NCBI GenBank assembly: GCA_001244265.2
Contig: CDLV01000016.1
Span: 496,001 to 560,000, forward strand
Length of the DNA stretch: 64,000 nt
Direction of reading: 5' to 3'
Origin: Microbotryum violaceum
Taxonomy: Eukaryota
The notes beneath the pieces were generated by a model. That model saw only the letters and a list, made by a program, of their open reading frames with translations. It did no database searches and was not told the DNA's origin. The position numbers and the translations under genes are program-made. Positions 60,970-64,000 of the stretch are shown here, one piece after another (position 1 is the first letter of the stretch; every line of letters starts with the position of its first letter).

Positions 60970-63900
60970 AATCGAGCTTCTTCTCGCTACTAATCTAAAG
61001 AAGAAATTGAGGATGAGTGTTCCGAATATGCTTTATACGCAATGGCAGCATTTATAAGGTTGGATTACCCCGATACGAGCTCGCACGTACCTGAGATGAA
61101 CGTGTTGAAGGCCACACCAGCCTCCATGTTGCGCTAGTCCTCGGGCCATCCAGCAACCCGGGTTGCAGGGGGGGGCAACATGTATGGCTACGTCGCGCGG
61201 AAGCGAGGATCGGAGGCGCGCGGCGCGCGCCACTTTTTAGCGTGCTTATATATAGCCAGAGGTGCGGTTAACCGGGTTTCGGCCAGATTCAGTCGTTGGT
61301 CATGCGCGTGCGAGGCCGCTCGGGCCTCACAATAGCGGCTAAGTAGTGCACTTGCTAACTCGCCTACGCTAATCGGCCCTTTGCCCCAGCACATGGCACT
61401 GCAGTGGCACCCCCACCCTCCCCCACCCCCTTGCACTCATCGGCATCGCTTCAAGCATGGGCTCCCTGCGACACACACCGCCACTAGTAGGAAAAGACAA
61501 GGAAAAAGACACCAAGACCAAGTGTAAGAAATTCACGAGGCGGCGGAAGAAGAAGGCGGCTGACACGATCATCGAGAGCGCGGCGACCACGGGACCAGAG
61601 GAGGGGGGCTAAGAAGAAAAAGAAAAAGAACAAGATGAGGTCATGGCCCCGTGCGAGAACGAGAAAAGGAGCCAGTCTTGTCCCCGAAGAGCGAGGCGTT
61701 TGTGAAATCCTCCGGCTACGCTGCTGGCATTATGGTATAGCGATCAAATATGATATGACAATAAAGGCTAAGGTATGACTAAGGGCTTTTAAGGCACCAA
61801 GGCGAGAGACACGAGAGACTGCAGTCGGGATAGAATCGAACGCGAGACCGAGTTCGAGAACGAAACGCTAAGGTCGGAGACTGGAGACGATGCCGAACGA
61901 GACTTGAAACGCGCAAAAAGTGAGAGAGGAGTAAAAGTTGTATTGGATCCTGGAAGTCTTCTTGAAAACAAAAAGAAGAAAACTCCCCTCAAACGTCCCG
62001 GCAGTTCAAACCGCTGCTTTCTGTTCATTCCCCTTCACCGCTTCATCCGCACAACGGGCTCCGTCTTCCTTCCAAAGCCTGCCTCACTGATCCCACCAAT
62101 GCTCGTCATTTTCCGAGTCTTTGCGGCGCAAAAGTGAACGCCCGTTCGAAATCACATCCTCTTCCTCTCCCTCCCGTAAGCCGACTTAGCCTCCCTCCTC
62201 TCGTGGCCGCCGGGAATGACTCGTCGTCGAGACGCCCAAGTCCAGAGCTTACTGCCGCCACGACTTCTATTAGCCCTGAGAAATTAAAATAGCGGATGCG
62301 ACCGGATCCCGAGTACCACAGTATTCACGGCAACCCAACGAGGCCGCGTCCGACACGTCGACCGGTTCGGAGCCCACCTCCGTCGGAGCCATCGATCCCG
62401 AGCCTTGATTACTACCTGTGGCAGTGCACCCAAGGCACGGGCGAACAACAGATGGAGGGGTGCGTGGCGCTTTGGCTTTGGTGTACCGACGACGCTGAAC
62501 TTTTTCAGCAAACGACAGCGGATGGCCTGACTTCGGCAGCCCTGGTGACACGATTGATGAGACGGACGACAACACGAACAAAGGAGTTGACTTTGACATG
62601 AGTGATCATTCGAGCGACGATTTGATTCGTTACTCTATCGACGCCACAGCCAACGGTGCATTTGGGCTTGAGGAGTGGGACTTCAGTGCGGAAGATGATG
62701 GCAGTGATGACGAAACTTGGTGAAATTTTTAATGGCTGTCTGGAATCGAAGGCTCTTGTTCCAAAAGCCTCAATCCAAACAGATGATGTGAGCGCTCGCG
62801 TGCTTTTGCCTTTTCCATTGACTAGTGTCTCTTCATGTCATACAATATTGCCCTTCTCCCGGAAGTGCAGGGAATGCAAAGTAGCAACCATACGACCGAG
62901 AGGCAACCAACGCTGGCAGGGCTTGGCTACCGCTTAAATGCGCTCTAGCCCGCTTGAAAAGGTTACTGCCCAGCAGTGGTGCCGACAGCGGGAGGTCTAA
63001 CAGGTTAGCTAGAGATCCAGGAGGAAAGCTCTTTGCTTTTGGCGATGAGGTAAACGGGCATCTTCTTGGCTGCGCTTAGTGAGTGCGCTTTCAAATTTCC
63101 GCCATTGCGTTTGGTGTTTATAGCGTGCGCAGTCAGGCCAGTCAGATGCCCGAAGTCCGTGCCGGGTCTTTGTTGATACTTTCTGAGATCTCAGCAGGGC
63201 TCACATTGCTAATTATCAGACTCCGTTTACCCCCACACTCTAATGTGTACTCGGCTAAACTGGTCCCATACTCGATCTGTTTTTCGGTGCTTTTCAATGG
63301 TGTTGTCTTGGCCACTTTAAGCCACGCAGCCACTAAGACAGTTGTACGTTTACCTCGCCATTGGACTCTCGACATTTCAGATACATGACGACGCACTCAA
63401 TACCCCTGACAGGATGTATGTGTATGATTGAACTCATTCGTTTGATGATGAGAAATGAGTTTGACAATACACCGATAATATTTGTCCCGGTGCTGAGAAA
63501 CGGATGACTTCAGATGCCAATCACACCTGCGCCTTTCATGTGCTCTCTGCCGTGTGACCCGATCCGTTGCGTGCTCTCACCGGTACATGTACTACTGTTA
63601 TATCGTAAAGGCAGAAGCTCGGAGTTAGCTATGGACAGAAAAGTGGGGCGTAAACACCTGAACGAACATCATTGAGTCAGGATCACGATGTTGTTCTTCG
63701 TACGATACCATTCCTCCTCGCATCAGCCTGAGTGCACGAGTGGCCTGCGAGCTATTGTAGGCCTCCGACTGTTTCTACTGTCGACCAACGCAGCCTTTGC
63801 AGATGACAGTTCTGGTGGTATCTCAATCGGTCTCCTCGGTTCTGTTTTCTTGAAATCGTCTTTGTAAGAGCGAGGGTCATCACCAGATCGTACTGTAGTG

Positions 63901-64000
63901 GCACTGAAAGTGACTAAGTTTTTGAGTCAGGGTACCCGGCACGGGGAAATCCACCCGTGGTCAACATTGCAATCGAAATCGTCTTGAATACTCGGGTTTC

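Larger units (their letters stand above)
50305..61264 (+). mobile_element. KDZ (Kyakuja-like) DNA transposon B, 10.96 kb, inserted in the Gypsy 5' LTR
   Basis: TIRs of about 130 bp (50305-50435 and 61128-61264) starting CACCTCTGG; perfect 8-bp TSD cggttaac (50297-50304 and 61265-61272). Removal restores the LTR exactly. Confidence 0.95.
41948..61331 (-). mobile_element. Ty3/Gypsy LTR retrotransposon (about 8.4 kb excluding the nested KDZ)
   Basis: 3' LTR at 41948-42213; 5' LTR split into 50098-50304 and 61265-61331. TG...CA ends, 5-bp TSD atagc (41943-41947 and 61332-61336), polypurine tract gggaaggagga on the minus strand at 42214-42224. Confidence 0.96.

Noticed and set aside
54476-61127. 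TET/JBP dioxygenase cargo, expected from known KDZ neighbourhoods
   Set aside because: No HxD...H...R 2OG-Fe(II) signature was recognisable in any frame. A spliced or decayed copy cannot be fully excluded without an HMM search.
61337-64000. Short ORFs at the right end of the window
   Set aside because: No recognisable motifs; possibly decayed TE sequence, but nothing supportable.

Overview
Eukaryotic, intron-rich fungal DNA. It is most likely a basidiomycete of the Pucciniomycotina/Microbotryomycetes type (inferred from gene structure and TE content, not proven). About 22 kb is host genes: the 3' end of phospholipase C, MIC10, CYP51/ERG11, a Ser/Pro-rich hypothetical protein, GCV1, an RNB exoribonuclease (DSS1-like), COX11 and SGD1/NOM1. 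Most of the rest is nested transposons whose ends and target-site duplications (TSDs) can be read directly. These are: two Kyakuja-Dileera-Zisupton (KDZ) elements (2395-17359 and 50305-61264; CACCTC termini, 8-bp TSD), each with a transposase and a homologous convergent companion gene; a 7.4-kb Mutator element (9930-17312) whose ORF joins a GCM-like zinc domain, a MULE DDE domain and a USP-like protease; a Ty3/Gypsy retrotransposon (41948-61331) whose 5' LTR is split by the second KDZ, plus a solo LTR of the same family; two AcademH-like deletion derivatives (9-bp TSD); and non-autonomous TIR elements just upstream of CYP51 and COX11. All family assignments come from reading motifs by eye; no database search was run.
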